A DNA stretch of 64,000 nt, taken from assembly GCA_018646985.1 (NCBI GenBank), contig JABGTR010000022.1, forward strand, positions 4,343 to 68,342, written 5' to 3'. The DNA is from Minisyncoccota bacterium. Its GTDB lineage: Bacteria; Patescibacteriota; Microgenomatia; UBA1400; PJMF01. Shown here piece after piece: positions 8,916 through 19,067 of the stretch. The first letter of the stretch is position 1, and every line of letters starts with the position of its first letter. The position numbers and the translations under genes are program-made. The notes beneath the pieces are model-generated. The model was not told the origin of the DNA, did no database searches, and was given only the letters and a program-made list of their open reading frames with translations.

Positions 8916-10161
8916 TGTGAGTGTGTTGAAACAAATTTCTTTTAATAAAATCTATATTTTTTTAATCTGTCTAGTAATTTTTTTAATTCCTGCTAATCTT
9001 TTTTTTAAAGTTAACCCTGCTAGCGCATATGTGAATGGATTATTAGTTGATTACTTAATTCCTAAATTTTACGCCAGTGATGTACCAATCATATTCTTAC
9101 TTTCACTTTGGTTAATTGAAGTGATTAAAAGTAAACAAAAAGTAATTCTCAAAACATCGAGCTTTATTTTACCCAGCATCTTAGCTTCATTATTTATTAT
9201 TCGGCAAATATTTACTCCATATCCTTTAGCTGCAGCTTGGTACTTATTAAAATTAATTGAGGTTGGACTACTAGCTTGGTTCTTAGTTACTCACAGCAAA
9301 TTTTTAAAAAAATCCTCGATTTATTGGACCATTATTTTTACCACATTATTTCAGTCCAGCTTAGCTTTGTGGCAATTCTTCACCCAAAAATCACTTCTTG
9401 GTTTTAGCTTTTTAGGTGAACCAAATCTAGCTAAATCAATTGGATTAGCTAAAGATATGTGGTGGTATACTGGCCGAGTTTTACCCTATGCCACAACGGC
9501 TCACCCCAACATCTTGGGAGGAATCCTGGCTGTTTTTAGTTTATTTATCATTGCTCAAAAGAGACATAAAATACTAACTGCGGTTGTTGTTTCACTAGCT
9601 TTGGCCATCATTATTATGACTCAATCAATCTCTGCGCTAACAAGTTTAACTCTGGGAGTATTGCTACTTACCCTTAAACCCTATTATCAAAAAATTAGCA
9701 ATATCAGCGATAAACTACTAATAGGCTTCGGAGCAACAATGATTGTTCTGCCACTTCTAATTAATTTGGCTGCCAACTTATTTGAAGCTGACTCACTAAC
9801 TCGTCGATCTTATCTCCAGAGCGCCTCCATAAGGATGTTTTTAGATAATCTGACTACAGGTGTAGGCTTGAACCAATTTACGACCAGAGTAGAGGAGTTC
9901 AGTGACACTCAGGAGGTAGTTAGGTTTATTCAACCAGTCCACCACATTGGATTACTCTGGATCGCAGAAACTGGGATATTAGGAATATTACTATCCTGGA
10001 CATTAATAAAAAAAATAAATACTAAAAAGATAGTCTTGCCATTCTTGATCCTCTTACCAATTGCAACACTAGATCACTACTTACTAACTCAACAATCTGG
10101 ATTATTACTCGCAGTTTTTATGTTGTCTCACCCGAACTACTCGCTTCAGGATCGTCGCTAG
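8902..10161 (+). CDS. O-antigen ligase / Wzy_C family membrane protein
   Basis: Multi-TM protein; RVLPYATTAHPNILGG, GVGLNQF, QPVHHIGLLWIAETGILG; exact start uncertain. Confidence 0.75.
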   Translation: MVKYNVSVLKQISFNKIYIFLICLVIFLIPANLFFKVNPASAYVNGLLVDYLIPKFYASDVPIIFLLSLWLIEVIKSKQKVILKTSSFILPSILASLFIIRQIFTPYPLAAAWYLLKLIEVGLLAWFLVTHSKFLKKSSIYWTIIFTTLFQSSLALWQFFTQKSLLGFSFLGEPNLAKSIGLAKDMWWYTGRVLPYATTAHPNILGGILAVFSLFIIAQKRHKILTAVVVSLALAIIIMTQSISALTSLTLGVLLLTLKPYYQKISNISDKLLIGFGATMIVLPLLINLAANLFEADSLTRRSYLQSASIRMFLDNLTTGVGLNQFTTRVEEFSDTQEVVRFIQPVHHIGLLWIAETGILGILLSWTLIKKINTKKIVLPFLILLPIATLDHYLLTQQSGLLLAVFMLSHPNYSLQDRR

Positions 10162-13030
10162 GACTTACTGAAGGACTGGGAGATGGACTTGGTGATGGCT
10201 CTGGCTCTTTCCAATCTTCACCGCCAGTTCCAATTTTAGCTTTACCAGTCTCTTTAGATTTATCTTCACGAGAGTACGCCTTTGCCCAAACTTCATAACG
10301 ACCCTTGGACAAATGCAGCTTGCCACTATATTCACGATCATTAATAGTTTCTCTGATCTCACCATTTACAATAATCTCAATCTTCTCAATCCCCTCACCG
10401 CTCTCAGCCCTAACTTCAATCTCAATGTCTTCGGAGTCATAATTTTTTTCATTCTCAGGTTGCTTCATCTCTACAAAAACATCGCTTGACTCACCACAAA
10501 ACTCAGTGGGGAATTTATAGCGTGGATCACTTTGAGCCTCTATCCAAGCGTTAGCTGCTTCCTGCCAACGATTTTTATCATCCTGGCTAACTGGATCATC
10601 TATCTTGATCACGATATATTCTCGCTCATCGTAATCACCAGCTGCAATTCGAGCATCATTGGCTAATTTTTCCTCACCCCTACACAATTTAAGCATGGTA
10701 TGAACTGGATCTGACAAAGATGGCAACGTGCCCTTAATTACGTATTCAGTTTTTTCTGGAAAGCCATGATGAGATAGATAGCCAGAAATACTATCGACTT
10801 GAACTTGCTCTACATCCTCAGGAACAATCCATTCTGGAGCGCCATAACCCTTTTCTAATGCTGATAAAATAATTCGTCGCCAAATTGGTGAGGCGCCAGT
10901 TACACCGGAGGCAACTTGCTTCATGGGGGAGTTATCATTATTTCCCACCCAAGTACCAACCATAATTTCCTGACTCCAACCAATCGTCCAATTATCGCGC
11001 TGATCATTGGTAGTTCCAGTTTTAACTGCAATTGGCTGACCTGTATTCAGTAGAGAATTAGCCCCAAAAGCTAATAAACGAGCGTTATTATCTGATAAAA
11101 CATCATTTATTAAAAATGCCTCAGCAGGAGTAATAACTTGTGAGCCATCCACCTGCTTGTGCTCGTATAAAGATTTGCCGTTCTTGTCTTCTACTTTCAA
11201 AATTGAGGTGGGCTGTACTTTACTCCCACCATTAGCGAAAGTGCTATAGGCAGTCACTGTATCTAATAAATGAACTTCACCACCACCCAAGGTAACAGCT
11301 AAACCAAATCTCTTCAAATTTTCTTCAGATGGTTCTAGAGTTTCAAAACCCATTTCGTAAGCTAATTGCAAAAAGTTTTCTACTCCCACTAGAGCCACAG
11401 ATTTAACAGCAGTGACATTGATCGAACTACCCAAAGAGTCTCGCAAGCTAATCGGACCATGAAACTTACCATCGTAGTTTTTAGGTTGGTAGGGTATTTC
11501 TGTCTGATCAACTCCAGTCGCGAACTCAGTTTCCACATCCATCAGCATGCTAGCTGGGGTGTAGCCGCGTTGAAACATCGCCAGATAAGTCACTGGCTTG
11601 ATTGATGATCCTGGCTGACGCAAACCGTCGGCTGCTACATTAAACTGTCCTCCAATGGTTAACTCGCCTTCCTCCGTAGCTTCTTTAACAAAGTAATCAG
11701 CACTACCCACCATGCTCAAAATCTCACCGGTCTTAGGATCCATCACCATCGCTGCTCCATTAGTGATATTGAGATAAGCAATGTCCGACACCTCTTCTTT
11801 GACTATCTCTTCAGCCTCTTCATGCAGTTCTAAATCTAGAGTTGTTGTTACTTGAAGACCACCGCTTTCTACTACTTCTACGCCGAACATCTCTTCTAGT
11901 TGGTCACGAATATAAAAAACAAAGTGAGGTGCCTTAATATTACTGACTGTACGCTCAAACTCCATTAAGTCCAGCTCGGCTATTGCTTCTTGATGTGCAA
12001 TCTCTGATAAGTAGCCCTGCTCTTTCATCTTATCTAACACAGCTCTAGTTCTACCTCTCCAATAAAGATTACCGTCTTCATCTGTTTTGCCAGCAAAGGG
12101 AGAATAGACAGAGGGTCGCTGTGGTAAACCAGCTAAGAATGCCGACTCGGCCACACTTAACTCATCAACATTTTTAGAAAAATACATATCTGAAGCAGCA
12201 CCCACACCCCAAGAAGTACCGCCATACGGGGCCTCATTGAGATACATCTCTAGAATTTCATCTTTACTAAAGTGGCGCTCAATTTGAAGTGACAAAATTA
12301 ATTCTTTAAACTTACGGATTACTGTTCTTTCATTACTTAACAAGGCATTCTTGACTAACTGCTGAGTCAGGGTTGAACCGCCAACCACCCGGCTTCTGAA
12401 GATGGCATTGTAGGGGATACGTAAAATAGTTAAGAAGTCAAAGCCTTGATGCTTGTAAAAGTCTTTATCTTCGATGGCAACGGTAGCATGTTTGAGATGT
12501 TCTGGAGCTTTTTCGATTTGAATCGGAGTGCGACGTTCACTATTGTATAAGTCATATAAAAGCTCTCCCTCACGATCATAGATCCGAGTACTAAAGCCTT
12601 CTTTGCGGACTACCTCACCGGGCTTAGGCAAATCTTTGGCATACCAAGCATATAGAGCAAAAAAGCCTAAAACACCGATTACCACTGCCGCTAAACCACC
12701 AATTGCTAGTAGACGAATGAGTTTTATCTTATTCATCTGTTGTGTAGCTGAAGATGAGGCTCGACGAGGTTTAGGTTTGCCAGAAATTAGTCTTTTCAAC
12801 CAGCTAAAAGGAGCGACGATAGTCTCCCAGATGGCAGTTAGGTTTATTTCCATATCTCGTATAGTAACAGTTTGAGGTATTCTTGCAAGTAGTTTTTTAG
12901 CCTGGTTTAGCCAAGTAGAGAGCAATTCAGTAATTTTATTCTGGGGGAAAGTAGACTGAGTATTCAATCGAGATGACGCTGGCTCATCCTGATCTAACAC
13001 AGATTTGAGATTTCCATAATCTTGGACCAT
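10118..13030 (-). CDS. Class A penicillin-binding protein (PBP1A-like) with Ig-like and Pro/Ser-rich C-terminal tail
   Basis: Transglycosylase motifs EDKDFYKHQG, GGSTLTQQLVKN, RKFKE; transpeptidase motifs SSIK, SIN, KTGT; start set at ATG 13030, 6 nt after a TACAAT. Confidence 0.92.
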   Translation of the reverse strand: MVQDYGNLKSVLDQDEPASSRLNTQSTFPQNKITELLSTWLNQAKKLLARIPQTVTIRDMEINLTAIWETIVAPFSWLKRLISGKPKPRRASSSATQQMNKIKLIRLLAIGGLAAVVIGVLGFFALYAWYAKDLPKPGEVVRKEGFSTRIYDREGELLYDLYNSERRTPIQIEKAPEHLKHATVAIEDKDFYKHQGFDFLTILRIPYNAIFRSRVVGGSTLTQQLVKNALLSNERTVIRKFKELILSLQIERHFSKDEILEMYLNEAPYGGTSWGVGAASDMYFSKNVDELSVAESAFLAGLPQRPSVYSPFAGKTDEDGNLYWRGRTRAVLDKMKEQGYLSEIAHQEAIAELDLMEFERTVSNIKAPHFVFYIRDQLEEMFGVEVVESGGLQVTTTLDLELHEEAEEIVKEEVSDIAYLNITNGAAMVMDPKTGEILSMVGSADYFVKEATEEGELTIGGQFNVAADGLRQPGSSIKPVTYLAMFQRGYTPASMLMDVETEFATGVDQTEIPYQPKNYDGKFHGPISLRDSLGSSINVTAVKSVALVGVENFLQLAYEMGFETLEPSEENLKRFGLAVTLGGGEVHLLDTVTAYSTFANGGSKVQPTSILKVEDKNGKSLYEHKQVDGSQVITPAEAFLINDVLSDNNARLLAFGANSLLNTGQPIAVKTGTTNDQRDNWTIGWSQEIMVGTWVGNNDNSPMKQVASGVTGASPIWRRIILSALEKGYGAPEWIVPEDVEQVQVDSISGYLSHHGFPEKTEYVIKGTLPSLSDPVHTMLKLCRGEEKLANDARIAAGDYDEREYIVIKIDDPVSQDDKNRWQEAANAWIEAQSDPRYKFPTEFCGESSDVFVEMKQPENEKNYDSEDIEIEVRAESGEGIEKIEIIVNGEIRETINDREYSGKLHLSKGRYEVWAKAYSREDKSKETGKAKIGTGGEDWKEPEPSPSPSPSPSVSPSDDPEASSSGETT

Positions 13031-13057
13031 AGAGTCATTGTATAATAAAAAAACAAT

Positions 13058-14248
13058 ATGCAAAACATCACCATCCAAGAAGCTCTAACTAGGGGAGTTA
13101 CAGAAATACTTCCTTCTAAAAAATCTTTAGCAGAACTCATGGAGCAGAAAAAGATCCGCCTTTACCTAGGCATCGATCCTACTGGATCACTTTTAACATT
13201 GGGTCACAGTGTGTTACTGCGTAAACTCCAACAGTTTGCTGACCTAGATCATGACGTTATCTTGCTTATTGGTGGTGGTACAGTCAAAATTGGCGACCCA
13301 ACCGGCAAAGACTCCACTCGTCCAGAACTAACCAACGAAGTAATTGAAGAAAATTTTAAAAACTGGCAAGAACAGGCCAGCAAGATTCTAGACTTTAGCA
13401 AAATTAAAATCATGAATAATGCTGATTGGCTCGATAAGCTCACCTACGTTGATCTCATTAAAATAATGGCCAAAACTACCGTCCAACAACTAATGGAGCG
13501 AGACATGTTTCAAGAGCGAGTTAAAGCTGGTCGTCCAGTTCATGCTCATGAAATCATTTACCCACTGATGCAAGGTTATGACAGTGTCCACATGGATGTC
13601 GATTTAGAAATTGGCGGCACTGATCAAACCTTCAATATGATGATGGGTCGCACTCTCCAAAAAGCCTACAACAACCACGAGAAGTGGGTCTTAAGCACTC
13701 CAATCATCAATGGCACTGATGGCCGCAAGATGAGCAAGTCATATGGCAATTTTGTAGCTCTGACTGAAAATCCCAATGATATGTACGGCAAATTGATGAG
13801 AATTGGTGATGAGATGATAATTAATTATTTCACGGTGCTAACTGATGTCCCAATGGCAGAAATAGAAGAGATGGAAAAAGCTATGGCAGCTGGTGAAAAC
13901 CCAATGACATTCAAGAAAAAACTCGCCTTCACCATTACCACTATGTACCATGATGAGAAACTAGCTCAAACAGCCCAAGAAAATTTTAAAACTATTTCTC
14001 AAGAAAAAGGCATTCCTGATCAAAAACCAGTTCATTTAATTAGTGCTGCTTCCACCACAATTCTAAGTCTAGCCACAGGAGCTAGAAAAGAGTTGAGTAG
14101 CAGTGATGTTCGCCGTAGAATAGAACAGGGAGCAGTCTCAATTGACTCTCAGAAATACACTGATCCCAATCAAGAAATTACTCCCAAATCAGGCAGTATT
14201 TTGAAAACTGGCAAAAGAGACTTTCATGAACTAAAAGTGGAGGACTAA
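13058..14248 (+). CDS. tyrS: Tyrosine--tRNA ligase
   Basis: YLGIDPTG, TLGH (HIGH variant), YPLMQGYD, GGTDQTFN, KMSKS, C-terminal S4-like domain. Confidence 0.97.
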   Translation: MQNITIQEALTRGVTEILPSKKSLAELMEQKKIRLYLGIDPTGSLLTLGHSVLLRKLQQFADLDHDVILLIGGGTVKIGDPTGKDSTRPELTNEVIEENFKNWQEQASKILDFSKIKIMNNADWLDKLTYVDLIKIMAKTTVQQLMERDMFQERVKAGRPVHAHEIIYPLMQGYDSVHMDVDLEIGGTDQTFNMMMGRTLQKAYNNHEKWVLSTPIINGTDGRKMSKSYGNFVALTENPNDMYGKLMRIGDEMIINYFTVLTDVPMAEIEEMEKAMAAGENPMTFKKKLAFTITTMYHDEKLAQTAQENFKTISQEKGIPDQKPVHLISAASTTILSLATGARKELSSSDVRRRIEQGAVSIDSQKYTDPNQEITPKSGSILKTGKRDFHELKVED

Positions 14249-14249
14249 A

Positions 14250-14354
14250 ATGACAAGAAAAAATAGAGAGCGAATGACCAAAGCTTTTGGGATTATATTC
14301 ATGCTAGCTATGCTCCTGAGTGTCATCGGCAGCAGCGTGCTTTATTTACTTTAA
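14250..14354 (+). CDS. Small single-TM protein, 34 aa (DUF4044/Prli42-like)
   Basis: Not in the ORF track; MTRKNRERMTKAFGIIFMLAMLLSVIGSSVLYLL; GGAGGA just upstream; starts 1 nt after the tyrS stop. Confidence 0.6.
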   Translation: MTRKNRERMTKAFGIIFMLAMLLSVIGSSVLYLL

Positions 14355-14357
14355 GAT

Positions 14358-14660
14358 TTACTCTGCTAAACCAGTTATTACCTCTTTACCTATTAGACCA
14401 AATTTAGATGGGCCTTGTTTTGAAGAAAAAACAAAATTATTGCTTTTCACCCTAACCAAAGAGCCACGATCTTCAATAACTTCAACAACTCCATGATTTA
14501 TGACCTGAACTCTGTCTCCAGGCTTATATATGGTGTTTTTTTCTAATTTTTCAGCAGCAGCAGATTGCCCTGCACTAGGATGTTCTTCATCATAATTACT
14601 TGCGCTACCAGCATTATGATCATAAAACCTTCCTGATTCTAGTCCTCTTCCATATGACAT
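14358..14660 (-). CDS. Hypothetical protein, possible KOW/SH3-like C-terminal domain
   Basis: 100 aa; AAGGGA RBS-like sequence upstream; YKPGDRVQVINHGVVEVIE pattern. Confidence 0.55.
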   Translation of the reverse strand: MSYGRGLESGRFYDHNAGSASNYDEEHPSAGQSAAAEKLEKNTIYKPGDRVQVINHGVVEVIEDRGSLVRVKSNNFVFSSKQGPSKFGLIGKEVITGLAE

Positions 14661-14729
14661 AATTTCCCTTTTTCTAAAACATACTTTATCAAATTATATC
14701 AGATCTAAATCTGTGTCATAATTAGACTC

Positions 14730-16691
14730 ATGTACTCACTCTCTGGCAAGATCACCAACGCTACCGGCATCGGCCCCAGCGTCTCCGATAAACTAGCTCT
14801 TAAAAATATCCACACTATTCAAGACCTTTTACTCTGGGTCCCACTTCGCTATGAAGACCGCTCTGAGCAAAAACTCATCATGGATTTAGTCAAAGATGAA
14901 TTAGTCACTATCCAAGCTGAGGTAACCGCCATTTCTAATCAATACAAAGGCCGTCGCTCTATGCAGCGAGCCACAGTCCGAGATAGCTCTGGTCCACTTA
15001 AGCTAATTTGGTTTAACGCCCCCTTCATCAAAGATGCTTTAGTAAAAGGCCAATCATATTTCTTCAGCGGTAAACTCAATAACCGCGGGATGATGACTCA
15101 GCCCAAAGTAGAAAAAATCTCCAATGACACTACCCATACTAATCGCTTGGTCCCCATCTATTCTTCAGTTCCTGAAATAAAAGCCGGCAACTTGCGTCGC
15201 TATCTCAAAGAAGTCACTCAACATCTCGATCCCATCTCAGATTTATTGGCCACAGAATTTGACCTCCTCCCTTTAAACGAAACTTTTAAACATCTCCATT
15301 TCCCAGATGATCAAGAACTAACCATCAAGGCTCGCGAGCGTTTAGCCATCGAAGAACTCTTGGGTTTAATGCAGCACTCGGCTGAAATCAAACAACAATG
15401 GAAAGATAATGCTTCAGCTCACTTAGTTACAGTTGATAAAGAAAACTCAATTCCAGATTTACCATTTACCCTAACTTCCGCTCAGCAACGTAGTACTAGA
15501 GAACTCCTAGTGGATATTCAATCAACCACACCCATGAATAGACTCTTGTTGGGTGATGTTGGCTCTGGAAAAACTGTCGTGGCTGGAATTGCAACCCTTC
15601 ACACACTCAATAATAATCATCACGTCGCTTTTATCGCTCCCACTCAAATATTAGCTGAGCAACACCTAGAAACTCTCAGCAAGCTTTTTCCTCAAATTAA
15701 TATTCAGCTGCTAACAGCTAAAACTAAGTTTTCCCTTGCTGAAAAACCTACTCTTTATCTGGGCACTCACGCCGTCATCAACAAACTTCAGCAGATAAAA
15801 CCAGCCCTAGTCATCTATGATGAGCAACATCGCTTTGGGGTAGAACAACGCAGTGAGATCTCCAAACTAACTTTCAGACCCCATATTCTAACTATGTCAG
15901 CTACTCCCATTCCCCGTAGCTTAATGCTGACCATTTTTTCTCATCTAGAACTAAGCGTAATTGATGAAATGCCAGCTGGTAGAAAACCAATTAAAACCTG
16001 GTTAGCGTCAGAAAAAAAACGAGCAGGATCATATGATTGGATCAAGAAAAAACTCCGGGAGAGTGGGGGGCAAGTATTGGTGGTCTGCCCATTCATTGAA
16101 CATTCAGAGCATGAGGCTTTTGCCAATGTTAAATCTGCTACTGAAACTTTTGCGGAGATTAAGCCCCAATTTCCTGATCAAAAAGTTGAGTTACTCCACG
16201 GTCGTCTGACCTCAGATCAAAAAGATAAAATTACCAAGCGTCTATTTGATCAAAAGATAGATATTTTAGTTACCACCCCAATTGTTGAAGTCGGTATTGA
16301 CCTGCCAGCAGCATTAATCATTATTATCGAGTCAGCTGAAAGATTCGGTCTAGCTAGTCTTCACCAACTTAGAGGCCGAGTAGGCAGGGCTGGACAGCAG
16401 GCTTACTGTTTATTATTTCCTAGCTCTAAATCTCCCACCATCAGCCAACGTCTTGATGTTTTTACCAAAACTAATGATGGTATTAAACTAGCTGAATTTG
16501 ATCTGCAAAATAGGGGAGCGGGTGATCTTTTCGGCACCAACCAACATGGCTTTGACCAGCTCCAGTTCTCCAATTGGACCAACATCGAGCTCATCACCAA
16601 AGCAAAACAAATCTTTGATGAACTAAAAAGCTCTCAAATTACTTGGAAATCTGTTATTTCTCGTCAGTCAACTACCCCTACAGCCAACTAA
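14730..16691 (+). CDS. recG: ATP-dependent DNA helicase RecG
   Basis: PLRYEDR, MNRLLLGDVGSGKT, DEQHRFGV, MSATPIPRSL, AERFGLASLHQLRGRVGR. Confidence 0.96.
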   Translation: MYSLSGKITNATGIGPSVSDKLALKNIHTIQDLLLWVPLRYEDRSEQKLIMDLVKDELVTIQAEVTAISNQYKGRRSMQRATVRDSSGPLKLIWFNAPFIKDALVKGQSYFFSGKLNNRGMMTQPKVEKISNDTTHTNRLVPIYSSVPEIKAGNLRRYLKEVTQHLDPISDLLATEFDLLPLNETFKHLHFPDDQELTIKARERLAIEELLGLMQHSAEIKQQWKDNASAHLVTVDKENSIPDLPFTLTSAQQRSTRELLVDIQSTTPMNRLLLGDVGSGKTVVAGIATLHTLNNNHHVAFIAPTQILAEQHLETLSKLFPQINIQLLTAKTKFSLAEKPTLYLGTHAVINKLQQIKPALVIYDEQHRFGVEQRSEISKLTFRPHILTMSATPIPRSLMLTIFSHLELSVIDEMPAGRKPIKTWLASEKKRAGSYDWIKKKLRESGGQVLVVCPFIEHSEHEAFANVKSATETFAEIKPQFPDQKVELLHGRLTSDQKDKITKRLFDQKIDILVTTPIVEVGIDLPAALIIIIESAERFGLASLHQLRGRVGRAGQQAYCLLFPSSKSPTISQRLDVFTKTNDGIKLAEFDLQNRGAGDLFGTNQHGFDQLQFSNWTNIELITKAKQIFDELKSSQITWKSVISRQSTTPTAN

Positions 16692-16731
16692 GCTTGCAAA
16701 TATACTCACACCGAGTTACAATTCTGTTTCT

Positions 16732-16893
16732 ATGGGAGCAGTACCAAAAAATAAAATTACCAGATCCGAACGTGGCAAACGTCGTCAAGGCAATAAGCCA
16801 AAGCTAAAGAAAAACTTAGTACATCACAGTATTCCTTTGCATAAAAGAGGTTTAGTGGCACAGATTTTTAAAACAGTTGGACTTAAAGACTAG
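16732..16893 (+). CDS. rpmF: 50S ribosomal protein L32 (cysteine-free form)
   Basis: Not in the ORF track; MGAVPKNKITRSERGKRRQG...(53 aa); rpmF-nusB-rnc context. Confidence 0.85.
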   Translation: MGAVPKNKITRSERGKRRQGNKPKLKKNLVHHSIPLHKRGLVAQIFKTVGLKD

Positions 16894-16930
16894 TTACAAC
16901 TCCACCCATTTTTTATATACTACTAGAGAT

Positions 16931-17356
16931 ATGTCAGACACAAACCAAATTCCTGCTGGTGATCACATTGTTGAGAAAGAAACCAAGGACACCAATCCAG
17001 ATCCTCGGCACCAAAAAAGAATTAGGCTTATGCAAGCCTTGTTTAGTCATAGTTTCAACCAAGAAACTGACTTAATAGATGATGAGCAGCAAATTTATAA
17101 TAAAACCATCTCTTCGCTTGAAAACATTGATCCTCTTATAGCTAAACATGCTCCAGAGAGACCTTTGTCAGAAATTAACCAAGTAGATTTAGCCATCCTA
17201 CGCCTGGTAATTTTCGAGACTCAAAGCACTAAAATACCAGTTAAAGTAGCAATCAATGAGGCCGTCGAGCTAGCAAAAGAGTTTGGGACTGAAAGCTCAC
17301 CTCGATTTGTTAACGGGGTACTAGGCCAGATACTGTCCCAGACAACAGCAAAGTAA
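16931..17356 (+). CDS. nusB: Transcription antitermination factor NusB
   Basis: DPRHQKRIRLMQALF, VDLAILRL, PVKVAINEAVELAKEFG, RFVNGVLG; start moved to ATG 16931. Confidence 0.93.
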   Translation: MSDTNQIPAGDHIVEKETKDTNPDPRHQKRIRLMQALFSHSFNQETDLIDDEQQIYNKTISSLENIDPLIAKHAPERPLSEINQVDLAILRLVIFETQSTKIPVKVAINEAVELAKEFGTESSPRFVNGVLGQILSQTTAK

Positions 17357-17365
17357 AAGGAAGTC

Positions 17366-17626
17366 ATGAATCAAAATAGAGATAGTATTACAGATGAAAT
17401 TAAAGATATTATTGAAAAAAAACTCTTAGTTGATATCTCCCAACTAGAAAGTGATGACAACCTAAAAGAAACCTTGGGTATTGACCCAGAAATAGACCAA
17501 CCTCTCTTAACATCGGATATTGTTAAAAACTACAATATTTCACTAGAAGCAGAAGAGCTTTTGAATCAAGCCAACACCCTCAATCAACTAGTTAGCATTG
17601 TTATCGAAGAGACAGAACTGGGATAA
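17366..17626 (+). CDS. Acyl-carrier-protein-like protein lacking the DSL serine
   Basis: 86 aa, acidic; ACP-like pattern IKDIIEKKL..D....ESDDNLKETLGID, then ISLEAEE...ANTLNQLV; sits immediately before rnc as acpP often does. Confidence 0.6.
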   Translation: MNQNRDSITDEIKDIIEKKLLVDISQLESDDNLKETLGIDPEIDQPLLTSDIVKNYNISLEAEELLNQANTLNQLVSIVIEETELG

Positions 17627-17633
17627 TCAAACT

Positions 17634-18296
17634 ATGCTACCAAAATTTAATAACCCACTTTTACTAGAAACAGCATTAACTCATCGAAGTGCGCTTAATG
17701 AACGTGTCTCCTCAGCTTTAGAATCAAATGAGAGACTTGAATTTCTAGGTGATGCTGTCTTAGAGTTAATCACTACCGAGTTTTTGTTTGCAGAATTTCC
17801 CGACGAACCAGAGGGTATTTTGACTGCCTACAGAAGTTCATTGGTGAAAACAACTACCTTGTCAGAAGTTGCTTTAGAAATAGGATTGGGTGAAAAACTC
17901 CATATGAGCAAGGGAGAGGAAGCTACTGGTGGTAGAAATAACCCCGGCTTATTAGCTGATACTACCGAAGCCATTATCGGTGCTATTTATCTAGATCAAG
18001 GCTATGAAGCAACTCAGGAATTCTTAGAAGAGAACCTTTTTAACAAGTTTGCCAAGATTAAAGAACAAAAACTATATCAAGATTCTAAAAGTGTTTTGCA
18101 GGAGATTGTTCAGTCAAAAGGCTTTGAAGCTCCAATATATAAAGTAACAAAAGAAGAGGGACCAGATCACGATAAGCAGTTTACTATCGAGGTTTTAGTC
18201 AACTCTAAGCCTGCAGGAACAGGTATGGGTAAGAGCAAACAGCTGGCTCAACAGGCCGCAGCTCAAGCAGCTCTCAAAGAGCTGGCTAATACTTGA
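17634..18296 (+). CDS. rnc: Ribonuclease III
   Basis: ALTHRS, NERLEFLGDAVL, ADTTEAIIGAIYLDQG, dsRBD (GPDHDKQF); ATG at 17634. Confidence 0.97.
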   Translation: MLPKFNNPLLLETALTHRSALNERVSSALESNERLEFLGDAVLELITTEFLFAEFPDEPEGILTAYRSSLVKTTTLSEVALEIGLGEKLHMSKGEEATGGRNNPGLLADTTEAIIGAIYLDQGYEATQEFLEENLFNKFAKIKEQKLYQDSKSVLQEIVQSKGFEAPIYKVTKEEGPDHDKQFTIEVLVNSKPAGTGMGKSKQLAQQAAAQAALKELANT

Positions 18297-18329
18297 GTAA
18301 ATAGGACAAAACCCTTATAATCGCAACCT

Positions 18330-18776
18330 ATGTTAAAAATAAAACTAGTTAGATTCGGAAAAAGAAACCAACCCCACTATCGTATAGTGATTCAAGAAGC
18401 TCGCACTAAAAGAGATGGTAAGTACACTGCCAAAATTGGTCATTACGCACCTACTCAAAATCCAAAGATTCTAGAGATTAATATGGAAGAGTATAAGAAA
18501 TGGATCGCTAAAGGTGCTCAGCCTACAGAAACTGTAGCTAGCTTAGCCAAAAGATTTGCCAGCGGCAACCCTTTCCCAGAGAAAAAGAAAAAGGTTTCCA
18601 AGAAGCAAGCTATAAAAAATAAGAAAGCTAAAGAAGAAGCAGCTAAACCTGTAGAAGAGAAACCAGCTGAAGAAGAAAAGGTTGAAGAACCAGTGGTAGA
18701 AAAAGCTGATGAGCCTGTAGAGGAAAAAGGGGTTGAAGACAAAAAAGTAGAAAAAGAAACAGAAACCAAAAAATAA
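18330..18776 (+). CDS. rpsP: 30S ribosomal protein S16 with acidic low-complexity tail
   Basis: MLKIKLVRFGKRNQPHYRIV...GAQPTETV. Confidence 0.96.
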   Translation: MLKIKLVRFGKRNQPHYRIVIQEARTKRDGKYTAKIGHYAPTQNPKILEINMEEYKKWIAKGAQPTETVASLAKRFASGNPFPEKKKKVSKKQAIKNKKAKEEAAKPVEEKPAEEEKVEEPVVEKADEPVEEKGVEDKKVEKETETKK

Positions 18777-19063
18777 TGAAGAATTTACTAGAATTTATCT
18801 TAATCCACCTTGTCGACAATCCAGAAGAAGTCAAAATTGAAATTAGCGAAGATGAGCGAGGCACAACCTATCTCATGCATGTTCACCCAGATGACATGGG
18901 AAAAGTGATTGGTAAAAAAGGTTCAGTTATTAACGCCATTAGAAATATCGCTAAAATTCGTGCTATCAAAGAAGGAATTCGTCCTTATATTACACTAGCA
19001 GAACCGGCTGAGACTGAAGAAAAAGTTGAAGAAGAAACTAAAGAAGAAGTCGCGGCTGAATAA
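18776..19063 (+). CDS. khpA: KH-domain RNA-binding protein KhpA
   Basis: LVDNPEEV, VHPDDMGKVIGKKGSVINAIR; directly follows rpsP. Confidence 0.9.
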   Translation: MKNLLEFILIHLVDNPEEVKIEISEDERGTTYLMHVHPDDMGKVIGKKGSVINAIRNIAKIRAIKEGIRPYITLAEPAETEEKVEEETKEEVAAE

Positions 19064-19067
19064 GATA

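Noticed and set aside
18640-18770. Repetitive GAAGAA/GTAGAA tract
   Set aside because: Low-complexity Glu/Lys/Pro tail of S16; the antisense ORFs over it are shadows
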